In this document: piece by piece, positions 17,486-25,588 of the stretch | Numbering within the stretch: position 1 is the first letter of the stretch | Layout of the letters: every line of letters starts with the position of its first letter | Virus record (IMG/VR): IMGVR_UViG_3300014208_001435 | Location: 1 to 46,349 of that record | Length of the DNA stretch: 46,349 nucleotides | Strand: one strand, 5' to 3' | Source of the DNA: a virus | Taxonomy: Duplodnaviria; Caudoviricetes | The notes under the pieces: generated by a model | Databases searched by the model: none | The model's input: only the letters and a program-made list of their open reading frames with translations | Told to the model about the DNA's origin: nothing | Position numbers and translations under genes: made by a program

Positions 17486-18413
17486 AATGATCGGGCTGAC
17501 TGGACGTGCTGGGAGCGGGAAGGATACGGCGGGGGCGCTTATCCGTGAATGGATTGCGCGGGATTTCTCAGGTCAATTTAACGGATACCGCGCGATGGTT
17601 TACGGGATTGCCGATCCGTTGCGCGATGCGCTGACCTGTTTCATCCGCCGGGCGGTACCGCGCGAGGAAAAAGAGATAGTTAATCCGGTACTGGGAATCT
17701 CGCCGCGTGAATTTATGCAGAAAAGCGGGGATTTCTTTCGTCAGATGATGGGGGAGGATATATTGCTGCGGCTGCTTGGCCAGCGCATCCGGGAACATCG
17801 GCACACAATCTATATCATCACCGACGTGCGGCTGGACATCGAGGCGGCATTCATCCGGGAGCACGGGGGCATCATTATTGCAATACAGCGCGATGCTGCC
17901 GGGCTGGATGGCGCTGTGTCGCAGCACCGCACGGAGCAGGGCGTCAGTCCATCGCTGGTCAATTATATGATCAGCAATAACGGCGGAATGGATGAACTTT
18001 GCCGGCAGATTGACCTGATGATGTTATGCGTTACAGAAGGCAAAAATGTGATAGTGGAACCGCCTGCCGCAGCCGCCGGACTTGACGGACGGAACGGACA
18101 GCAGATAATGCAGGCACTGAAAAAGTATGTGCTTGATAATTTTGGGAATATTCAGGAGCATAGCTGGAAGCGTTATTATATTCCGCAAATTATTGATAAT
18201 TTACAGGAGTTTGATCTTGAAGAAATAAAACACTGCATCAAGGAACTAGTTAAAGAGCATTTGGAGAGCGTAATACTTGAACCTACTTCACTAGGAGTAA
18301 TGCGTTCCCCGATAGAAAAATATATTCATATTGCAAAGGCAGGATATCACTCGCATCTCAATATTAATGTCAAACTGATTTATCAGTTACAAAGGGAAAT
18401 AAAAAATGACTAA
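17472..18413 (+). CDS. Deoxynucleoside monophosphate kinase-like protein with AT-rich C-terminal extension
   Basis: IGLTGRAGSGKDT P-loop, SPREFMQ, IITDVR, HRTEQG. Confidence 0.8.
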   Translation: MKKIRMIGLTGRAGSGKDTAGALIREWIARDFSGQFNGYRAMVYGIADPLRDALTCFIRRAVPREEKEIVNPVLGISPREFMQKSGDFFRQMMGEDILLRLLGQRIREHRHTIYIITDVRLDIEAAFIREHGGIIIAIQRDAAGLDGAVSQHRTEQGVSPSLVNYMISNNGGMDELCRQIDLMMLCVTEGKNVIVEPPAAAAGLDGRNGQQIMQALKKYVLDNFGNIQEHSWKRYYIPQIIDNLQEFDLEEIKHCIKELVKEHLESVILEPTSLGVMRSPIEKYIHIAKAGYHSHLNINVKLIYQLQREIKND

Positions 18414-18792
18414 GAAGACGGTGTATATCGCGGGGCCGATGACGGGGATTGAGAAGCTGAATTTTCCGGCGTTTTTTGACGCGGAACGGGCCTTGAAACT
18501 GGCGGGGCATAATCCGGTGAACCCGGCGCGGCATCCGCCGGCGGTCAGGTGCATTTTCACCGAGGAAGTGCACACGATGACCTATGAGGACTTTCTGAAC
18601 CTGGACCTGGAGATCATCGCCAGCGGGTGCGACGCGGTGGCGCTGCTGCCGGGCTGGGAGCATTCGCCGGGGGCCAGGCGGGAACATCAACTGGCGGTGA
18701 GTCTGGGCTTAAAGGTGTGGAAACTGAACGCCGTGCAGGCGGGACTGATCGAATGCGGACAGATCGGACGGGTAGGCCGGGGCGAAGAATAA
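18406..18792 (+). CDS. DUF4406 (nucleoside deoxyribosyltransferase-like) protein
   Basis: VYIAGPMTG, NFPAF, VNPA, CDAVALLPGWEHSPGARREH. Confidence 0.85.
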   Translation: MTKKTVYIAGPMTGIEKLNFPAFFDAERALKLAGHNPVNPARHPPAVRCIFTEEVHTMTYEDFLNLDLEIIASGCDAVALLPGWEHSPGARREHQLAVSLGLKVWKLNAVQAGLIECGQIGRVGRGEE

Positions 18793-18824
18793 CAGGCTAG
18801 TTTTAAAACAGGGAGTAAAACATC

Positions 18825-19547
18825 ATGGGTTTGACGGTCGCGCTCAGCAAGGAGGAAACTGCGGAGATTATCTGCTGGTTCCTGGAACGGTACAACAGCA
18901 GGATCGAATCCGGACAGAAGACGAAGGCGCTGGCGGCGCTGTTCTGGGGGGCGATCATGGCGTATCAGTATCTGAGCGGGGCGCGGATCACCGAAATCAC
19001 GCTGCTGCGCCGCCGGCAGATTGCGGATGACGAGTGCAGGCTGCATCCGGTGATGTCGCGGCGGAAGCTGAAGACGGGCAGAAAGCAGTCGACGATCACT
19101 GCGTACATTGACCCGGACAGCGCGCCGGCGCAGGTGGTCAGCGCCTGGCTGCGGGAGTCGAGAGGGGAATTCGGGCGTTATCTGCCGGATGACTGGGCGT
19201 TCGCGTGGGGGTTCAATCGGCAGCCGTTCCGTCGGGAGAGCGCGTGGCGGGCGTGGCAGAAGGGATATATCGCGCTGGGGCTGGCCTATGTGAGCAGGGG
19301 GACGCATTGCGTGCGGAAGACGGCGGGGCTGATGCAGTATGACATCGCGTTCGCCGAATATGGCGACGGGATGCGCGCAATGCAGAAAGTGCAGCGGTAT
19401 CTGGGACATGCGCGATTACAGACGACAGAGGCCTATCTGCCGATCAATCCCGGTTTAACCGATGATATCGCTCACCAGCATGGAGCAAAAGTGAAATTGG
19501 GTAACATTCTGGGTAAACATCTGCTTAACCGGGAGAATTCAAATTAA
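18825..19547 (+). CDS. Tyrosine recombinase (catalytic domain only)
   Basis: SGARITE (R), THCVRKT (HxxR), LGHARLQTTEAY (H, Y). Confidence 0.9.
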   Translation: MGLTVALSKEETAEIICWFLERYNSRIESGQKTKALAALFWGAIMAYQYLSGARITEITLLRRRQIADDECRLHPVMSRRKLKTGRKQSTITAYIDPDSAPAQVVSAWLRESRGEFGRYLPDDWAFAWGFNRQPFRRESAWRAWQKGYIALGLAYVSRGTHCVRKTAGLMQYDIAFAEYGDGMRAMQKVQRYLGHARLQTTEAYLPINPGLTDDIAHQHGAKVKLGNILGKHLLNRENSN

Positions 19548-19636
19548 TCAGGCAGTCAAACGGGATAATCACCACCCTTAACACCAATACAACCATACTC
19601 AACCATAATAATCAACAGCATAAGGAGCACAAAACA

Positions 19637-19948
19637 ATGTCAATAACCGTCAAACGCAAGCCGCGCACCGTCACCAAGTCCATAATTATCAACAGTTTCG
19701 AGATACTGGACAACGCCTATTACCCGGTCGAGGAGATCGCCAAAGTCCTGAAAGTAAAACCTGACACCATCTACAAACTCATTGAGCGTCAAAGGTTTAA
19801 GACAGTCAAGTATGGCAGGTGTTACCAGGTGTCGGGCAAGTCGGTCATCGATGACGTGAAGCGTCAGGAGCAGGCGCCCAGGGCGAAGGCGAAGCGGAGT
19901 TCTAGGTTCTCCCGGCCGGTTTCAACGAATCTACCACCCAAGAAATAG
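19637..19948 (+). CDS. Excisionase-like HTH DNA-binding protein (terminase small-subunit position)
   Basis: YYPVEEIAKVLKVKPDTIYKLI HTH; AAGGAG RBS; directly upstream of terminase. Confidence 0.65.
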   Translation: MSITVKRKPRTVTKSIIINSFEILDNAYYPVEEIAKVLKVKPDTIYKLIERQRFKTVKYGRCYQVSGKSVIDDVKRQEQAPRAKAKRSSRFSRPVSTNLPPKK

Positions 19949-19974
19949 TCAAAAAAGGGAACTGTGTTAGAATC

Positions 19975-22410
19975 ATGCAAAACAAAACTTCTAAAACTAA
20001 ATCTGATACCGCACCCGCCGCCGCGCCTTCCGGCAAAAAGCGTCCAGCCATTAATCCGGATCCCGCCACCACGCAAAAACCTTCATCCCGGAAAACGTCC
20101 GCCGCTGCGTCCAGAGGTAAGCCGTTATCCAAATCATCGTCCGCCCGGAAAACTGCGGCATCCGGCGTCAAGCCTTCATCATCCAGATCCGCCGCCGGGA
20201 AAAAGACATCCGGTTCCGGGACGTCGCCAAAGAAGCCGGCGGCATCCGGCAAAAAATTGCTGAAAGACGTGACTGACCCGCGCAAGGGGTTTGCGCTGCC
20301 GGACCCTGAGTCGTACAACGCTAAACAGAATCTGCTGATGAAGAATAAGCGCGACGCGGCGCGGGATATCTTTCCGCTGCCGGAACCCGAACTAATTGCG
20401 GAGCGCGAGCGCGGCTTCACCGATCCGGAATTTTTCATTTATTTTTTCTTTCCGGAAATCTGCTATCTGAAACTGTCCCGCCATCATCAGGCGATGATCT
20501 CGGACGTGGCGTCGGCGTTCCTCACCGGCGGGCTCTACCTCCAGGTACTGCCGCGCGGCTCGGGCAAAACTTCCCTCACCATCGGACTGTCGCTGTGGGC
20601 GCAGCTCTACGCCGTGCTGCGCTACCTGGTGGTGATCGCCGCCAACGAGGACAAGGCGGCAAAAATCTCCGACGCCCTGCTGATGCAGCTCAAGTTCAAT
20701 CAACTGCTCTACCGGGCGTTCCCGGAAGCCTGCTATCCGTTCCGCAAGGTCAAGCACGTCAACCAGTGCCAGGGGCAGCTCTACAACGGCGAACTGACCG
20801 GCATTTCGACCAGCTCCGAACAGATCATCATGCCGAATATTCCAGGATCGCGCTGCTCCGGCGCCATCATCGAACCCTACGGCCTGACCGGGGCCATCCG
20901 CGGCGCGTTCATCCCGCTGGAGAACAGTTCGATTCTGCGCCCGGACGGCTTCCTGCTGGACGATCCGCAGACCGACGAGTCCGCCAACTCCGAATCGCAG
21001 TGCGCCACCCGCGAGAACCTGATCCAGTCCGCCGTCCTCGGGCTGGCGGGACCGGGCAAAGGCATCGCCGGCGTGGCCAACGGCAGCGTCATCCGCAAAG
21101 GCGACCTGATGGACCGCTATCTCAACGGCGCGCATCCGGAGTTCATCACCCGCAAGGTCAAGTTCCTGGAATCGTGGCCGGACAACAAGGAACTGTGGAA
21201 CCAGTATCTCGACATCCGCGCCGATGACCGCCATCCGTGGCGCAAGTCGAATAAATTCTACAAGGACCACCAGGCGGCAATGGACAAAGGCGCGGTCGCC
21301 TACTGGGCCGAGCGCCTGGAATTCGGCGCCGTCACCGCCATCCAGTCCGCCTACAACCTGATCCACCGCTTCGGGTTCAATTCTTTCCTGGCGGAATACC
21401 AGAACGAACCATGCGAGAACCTCGGCACGCTGCGGCTGCTGACGCGGGACGATATCTACAACAAGACGAACGGGCTGGAAGCGCGGCGCGTCCCGGCGGA
21501 GACGCAATATCTCACCGCCGGCATCGACGTGCAGAAAGAGATATTGTTCTACGTCGTCGCGGCGTGGAAGGACGGCGGCACCGGATGGATCGTGGAGCGC
21601 GACGCCTGGCCGCGCCAGCCGAAAGCCATGTTCGACCCCGCGAAACCGGTCATCACGCTGTCCGCCAAGTATCCCGGACTTACCCCCGGCGCCCGCATCC
21701 AGCAGGCGGTGATCGAACTCACGGAACTGCTGAAAAATACGCCGTACATCCCGGTCAACGGCGGCAAACCGCTGCCGCTGATGAAGGAATTCTGCGATTC
21801 CGGCTATGAAGGCCGCGCCATCCATGCCGCCAAACAGCAGATCGGGGAACTGATGGACCCTTCGCGCGGGATCGGGCTGACCGCCGCAAAACGCCCCCTG
21901 GAACAGTACATCCGCAAGCCCGGCGAGATCTTCGGCACCCACTGGTATTATCCGGTGGTCAAAAAGACGCGCGATTTCCGCCACTGCGCGGTGGACGTCA
22001 ACTGGTGGAAGGCCCATCTGACGGAATCCTTCCTGCGTCCGGCGGGCGATCCCGGAAGTCTGACCATCTACGGCAACCGCAAGACTGATCACAACATGTT
22101 CTGCGACCACCTGACCGCCGAAACCTACGTTGAGACCGAAGGCCACGGCCGCCGCGTGCAGGAATGGTCCATGAAACCGGGACGCTATCACAACCATTTT
22201 CTGGACTGCCTGGTCTACTCCGCCGCCGCCGCGTCGAGGAGCGGCATGGCGCTGGATGACGACCGCAAAAAATCCGCCCGCGGCAAGCGTGTGATCGCGA
22301 AAAAAGCGAAACCGGCCGCCCCGCAGGCCGCCGGCGCCGTGCCGTCCGCCGCCCCGAAAAGCCGCCTGCAGCAGCTTAAAGAACAAAGAATGCGCGATAA
22401 TAATTATTAA
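19975..22410 (+). CDS. Terminase large subunit (GpA-like)
   Basis: PRGSGKT Walker A, LLDDPQ Walker B, AGIDVQ nuclease motif, NHFLDCLVY. Confidence 0.9.
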   Translation: MQNKTSKTKSDTAPAAAPSGKKRPAINPDPATTQKPSSRKTSAAASRGKPLSKSSSARKTAASGVKPSSSRSAAGKKTSGSGTSPKKPAASGKKLLKDVTDPRKGFALPDPESYNAKQNLLMKNKRDAARDIFPLPEPELIAERERGFTDPEFFIYFFFPEICYLKLSRHHQAMISDVASAFLTGGLYLQVLPRGSGKTSLTIGLSLWAQLYAVLRYLVVIAANEDKAAKISDALLMQLKFNQLLYRAFPEACYPFRKVKHVNQCQGQLYNGELTGISTSSEQIIMPNIPGSRCSGAIIEPYGLTGAIRGAFIPLENSSILRPDGFLLDDPQTDESANSESQCATRENLIQSAVLGLAGPGKGIAGVANGSVIRKGDLMDRYLNGAHPEFITRKVKFLESWPDNKELWNQYLDIRADDRHPWRKSNKFYKDHQAAMDKGAVAYWAERLEFGAVTAIQSAYNLIHRFGFNSFLAEYQNEPCENLGTLRLLTRDDIYNKTNGLEARRVPAETQYLTAGIDVQKEILFYVVAAWKDGGTGWIVERDAWPRQPKAMFDPAKPVITLSAKYPGLTPGARIQQAVIELTELLKNTPYIPVNGGKPLPLMKEFCDSGYEGRAIHAAKQQIGELMDPSRGIGLTAAKRPLEQYIRKPGEIFGTHWYYPVVKKTRDFRHCAVDVNWWKAHLTESFLRPAGDPGSLTIYGNRKTDHNMFCDHLTAETYVETEGHGRRVQEWSMKPGRYHNHFLDCLVYSAAAASRSGMALDDDRKKSARGKRVIAKKAKPAAPQAAGAVPSAAPKSRLQQLKEQRMRDNNY

Positions 22411-22411
22411 C

Positions 22412-22447
22412 CCCGTCCGGCGGGTCCGGCCAGTCCGGCCAGTCAGA
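22412..22447 (+). repeat. Family E 9-bp-period repeat (GTCCGRCNN)
   Basis: Related tracts near 25660, 27115, 30555, 40236, 42871, 44596, 45605 (+) and 1840, 6298, 8220 (opposite orientation). Confidence 0.75.
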
Positions 22448-22468
22448 TATTAAAACAAAGGAGCAATC

Positions 22469-22852
22469 ATGCGTAACATCAGATTCAAACAGACTAATAA
22501 AGTCACCGGGGAAGTTTATTATTTCGGGTTTCAGCGGACCAGCACCGGCGGGTTCCTGAACGAAAACAGCAACCGTCCGGTGGCCGGCGAAGACTGGACT
22601 GACCCGGAAATGCTTGAAAATAATTTAAAGCGGACGCTGCTGTCCGGATTCAAGTATTGTCCGCAGTCCGGATGTTTCGAAGATTATAAAAGACTTGAAA
22701 CAACAGCAGCTTTTCAAGCCCTGCAAATTTCCCATGATATTATTGCAGGAAAAGGGGTTATTCAAATAGAAATACCCATAACTAACGGCCTCGATAAAGG
22801 TGTTTTCGGCTGCGTCCTTCAGATCATTAAAAAATCGCTGAACAAGGATTAA
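22469..22852 (+). CDS. Hypothetical protein
   Basis: AAGGAG RBS; AT-richer than flanks. Confidence 0.6.
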   Translation: MRNIRFKQTNKVTGEVYYFGFQRTSTGGFLNENSNRPVAGEDWTDPEMLENNLKRTLLSGFKYCPQSGCFEDYKRLETTAAFQALQISHDIIAGKGVIQIEIPITNGLDKGVFGCVLQIIKKSLNKD

Positions 22853-22857
22853 ATATC

Positions 22858-23115
22858 ATGGACAAAACCCAGTTTAAACTAGAAATGCTCTCGCTGGACG
22901 AAGCGATTGCGGCAACGGAAAAAACCCTCAACCAGTTGAAATTAATCCGGGAAAAGAAACTGCAAAAACAACATCCGGGTTATGTATGTAATGTCGAAAC
23001 CGGTGAAATCACCCCGCTTATTCAGGGCGTACCGGATTTGGAGGCCATGGAATTCATCGCCGATAGTCATGAAGAATTTTGCGGCGAGTTAATAAAAAAA
23101 GGAATGGAAGAATAA
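22858..23115 (+). CDS. Hypothetical protein
   Basis: AAGGA RBS, co-oriented. Confidence 0.55.
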   Translation: MDKTQFKLEMLSLDEAIAATEKTLNQLKLIREKKLQKQHPGYVCNVETGEITPLIQGVPDLEAMEFIADSHEEFCGELIKKGMEE

Positions 23116-23161
23116 CGTTTTCTCTGTGTCTCTGTGGTTAAAAAAGAAAGGATTTAACACC

Positions 23162-23377
23162 ATGCCCAAACGCCTCAAACCAAAAGCCGCGAAACTCGAT
23201 AAAGGTTATTATCCGTGGTCCTGCGGCATCTGCAAAGGCCGGAAGTTCAAAGTAGGCTACACCCGCAAAAAACAGTCCGGACAGCTCCGCAAACTGATCT
23301 GCTGCAACTGCCAGGCGGTGACGTACACCGGCGAACAGATTCTCCAGCCGTGGAAATCGGTAAATTTTGAGTCTTAA
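23162..23377 (+). CDS. Small zinc-ribbon protein, possible late-gene regulator
   Basis: CGIC...CCNC, basic; function inferred from position between terminase and head genes. Confidence 0.6.
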   Translation: MPKRLKPKAAKLDKGYYPWSCGICKGRKFKVGYTRKKQSGQLRKLICCNCQAVTYTGEQILQPWKSVNFES

Positions 23378-23428
23378 CAGCCGAATTTTTAACAGGGATG
23401 AGCAGGATAATTTTAAAAGGAAATAAAA

Positions 23429-24157
23429 ATGTTTGAAAACGAATACAAAGATGAATACGTTCATCTAATTCAGTGTGATTGCCATGAGTATCTTAGAACG
23501 CTGCCGGATAAGTCTGTTGCGCTGGCGATTGTCGATCCGCCGTATGGGATAAAAGAAGACGGAGAAAGAAGCATTCGGGCTATTCCGGTAAAAAAATGGA
23601 GAAATCCAGTGCCCAGGGATTGGGGCAAAAAAACATGGGACAACGAACCGCCTTCTAAAGAATACTTCAACGAACTATTCCGAGTTTCTAAAAATCAAAT
23701 AATCGGGGGAGCAAATCATTTTATTGAGAATATGCCGGTTAAGAATTCATCTTGCTGGATATTCTGGGATAAAAAAACAACCGGAGATTTTGCAGATGGC
23801 GAACTCGCCTGGACCAGTTTTAAAACTGCGGTAAGAAAATTCGAGTGGCTTTGGTCCGGATTTAAAAAGCAAGAATTTGAAGAGAGAATACACCCGACTC
23901 AAAAACCGGTTGCGTTGTATAAATATTTGCTGTCCAAATATGCCAGTACCGGCGATAGAATACTTGACACTCACGGCGGATCAATGAGCATTGCCATTGG
24001 GTGCTATGATTTGGGTTTCAATTTAACTCTTTGCGAAAAAGATGGCGATTATTTTTATCCAGGAGTTGAACGCTATAAAAAACATATTGCGCAAGGTCGG
24101 CTGTTTGAGCCTGGAATAATAAAATATGAACAGGACGAATTTAACCTTATAGAATAG
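23429..24157 (+). CDS. Beta-class N4/N6 DNA methyltransferase
   Basis: LAIVDPPY, HPTQKP and ILDTHGGS motifs. Confidence 0.9.
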   Translation: MFENEYKDEYVHLIQCDCHEYLRTLPDKSVALAIVDPPYGIKEDGERSIRAIPVKKWRNPVPRDWGKKTWDNEPPSKEYFNELFRVSKNQIIGGANHFIENMPVKNSSCWIFWDKKTTGDFADGELAWTSFKTAVRKFEWLWSGFKKQEFEERIHPTQKPVALYKYLLSKYASTGDRILDTHGGSMSIAIGCYDLGFNLTLCEKDGDYFYPGVERYKKHIAQGRLFEPGIIKYEQDEFNLIE

Positions 24158-24225
24158 TTTTAAATTATAACCAGGAGGCCGCCATGTCACCATAATACAA
24201 ACCCGCACCGATATCTATTTATTTT

Positions 24226-24248
24226 AAGCCGGAGCAATCCGGCTTTTT
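24226..24248. terminator. Terminator between convergent genes
   Basis: AAGCCGGA-GCAA-TCCGGCTT followed by TTT. Confidence 0.7.
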
Positions 24249-24252
24249 GCTT

Positions 24253-24891
24253 TCATCCCTTGATTTGTTTGATTATTTTTTGCAGTTTTACTTTGGATTC
24301 AGGCAGCACCGGCAGCCGGCCGATTGAATAACTCTTAACGGTATCCAGTGACACGCCCAGATATTCCGCCAGCGCGTCCAGTTTCATGCCGGTAGCCTTG
24401 ATCAGCTCCGTGCCTTCAACCGCATCCCGCCAGCGGTCAAGGTTCAGTTTTACTTTCGCCGCCACTTCGCCGCGCCATTGTGCATTATTGAACGCCGCAT
24501 AATTATCGTATACATCAGTATCTCCGGGATGGATGCCGTCTTCAATATCCTCCGGAATATCTTCCGGCTCCAGCGGAATCTTCACTTCCCCGACCTGCCA
24601 CGGCAGACCGTCAATCTTAATGATATACACCCGCTGGTAATCTTCATGCGCATGATCAATATAGACGCATTCGCGCACTTCTATACGGCTGTTTTCCGGC
24701 CCCTGTTTAATCAGTTCTTTAGCCTTGGCAATCTTCGCCTTGATCGTCTTTTCAAGATTTGCGGTCTTCGTGATCTCCGCAATCTGTTTTTCGTCCAGAT
24801 GCTTCACACTGCCGACCGCCGTGCCGAGACCGTCGTGGTTGTGTGTCTGCCTGTAGAGTACGCCGTCTTTGACTGTCCAGTTCTTATTCAT
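24253..24891 (-). CDS. Reverse-oriented gene, protein with C-terminal HTH
   Basis: GMKLDALAEYLGVSLDTVKSYSIGR; own promoter. Confidence 0.75.
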   Translation of the reverse strand: MNKNWTVKDGVLYRQTHNHDGLGTAVGSVKHLDEKQIAEITKTANLEKTIKAKIAKAKELIKQGPENSRIEVRECVYIDHAHEDYQRVYIIKIDGLPWQVGEVKIPLEPEDIPEDIEDGIHPGDTDVYDNYAAFNNAQWRGEVAAKVKLNLDRWRDAVEGTELIKATGMKLDALAEYLGVSLDTVKSYSIGRLPVLPESKVKLQKIIKQIKG

Positions 24892-24940
24892 GATCTTCCC
24901 TTGGTTGTCCGGATTGCTCCGGGTTAATTTCTTCTTAATT

Positions 24941-24971
24941 ATATTATACACTAAAAAGTGTATAATATCAA
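24941..24971 (-). promoter_or_regulatory. Promoter TTGATA-17-TATAAT overlapped by a perfect 12-bp inverted repeat
   Basis: ATATTATACACT-AAAA-AGTGTATAATAT at 24941-24968. Confidence 0.8.
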
Positions 24972-25113
24972 CTCAAAAAACCAAATAAAACCAAAAATTA
25001 TTAAAAATCCTGCCCATCCTGTAAATCCCTGTTAAAACCGGCTGAGGGATGGGCATCCACAAGGGATGCCCCTGCAGCCCCATTGGACAATTTTCACAAA
25101 ATAATTTGAGGGG

Positions 25114-25137
25114 GCTAATTACACCGGTGTAATTAGC
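25114..25137. promoter_or_regulatory. Perfect 24-bp palindrome upstream of head genes
   Basis: GCTAATTACACCGGTGTAATTAGC; function unknown. Confidence 0.6.
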
Positions 25138-25216
25138 TGATTTTCCGCCTTGAAATCTCCGTTGCAAACCTTGTTTCGGGAACTATTCTTAATCTTGTAA
25201 TCTAAGGCAGGATTAT

Positions 25217-25274
25217 AAAGGGATGTGATGCCTTCCGGTAGCAAATACCGGAGGTGCAACACATCCCTTTTTTT
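25217..25274 (+). terminator. Long hairpin with T tail in the leader of the head operon
   Basis: AAAGGGATGTG..CTTCCGGTA / TACCGGAGG..CACATCCCTTT followed by T run. Confidence 0.6.
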
Positions 25275-25341
25275 CTGCCATGTTCCCCGGCTGCCGGATG
25301 CATTCCCCGTCCGGCAGCCAACTTAAAACCAAGGAGCAGTC

Positions 25342-25536
25342 ATGGCGGACAATATCGACATCAAACAGGCGGCGGCGGACCCGAAGAGCGTCCTGATCGA
25401 CGGCGAGCGCGTCGAACAGCATTCGCTGGCTGAACAGATCGAGGCCGACAAGTATCTGCGTTCACTCGCCGCCCGCAAAAAGAAGCGGCTGCCGTTTCAG
25501 CAGCTCGCGGTAAGACCGCCGGGAGCAGTTTTTTAG
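25342..25536 (+). CDS. Head completion protein (gpW position)
   Basis: Small ORF before portal, AAGGAG RBS, IDGERVEQHSLAEQIEADKYL. Confidence 0.7.
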   Translation: MADNIDIKQAAADPKSVLIDGERVEQHSLAEQIEADKYLRSLAARKKKRLPFQQLAVRPPGAVF

Positions 25537-25588
25537 AGCGAGAAAAGTACCGGCGCTGCCGGAAAGCAAGAAAAGCGAGAAAAGTTGA

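Noticed and set aside
20392-22386. 664-aa minus-strand ORF and similar antisense ORFs over portal, capsid and tape measure
   Set aside because: Shadow frames of GC-rich genes with no motifs
4691-24157. Restriction-modification or Dnd phosphorothioation system
   Set aside because: No endonuclease or other dnd/ssp genes recognised; MTases and the PAPS-reductase-like gene appear orphan
18825-25137. Protelomerase with telRL (tyrosine recombinase plus 24-bp palindrome)
   Set aside because: The protein is only 240 aa with ordinary integrase-family motifs, the palindrome is over 5 kb away, and it does not coincide with the skew switch
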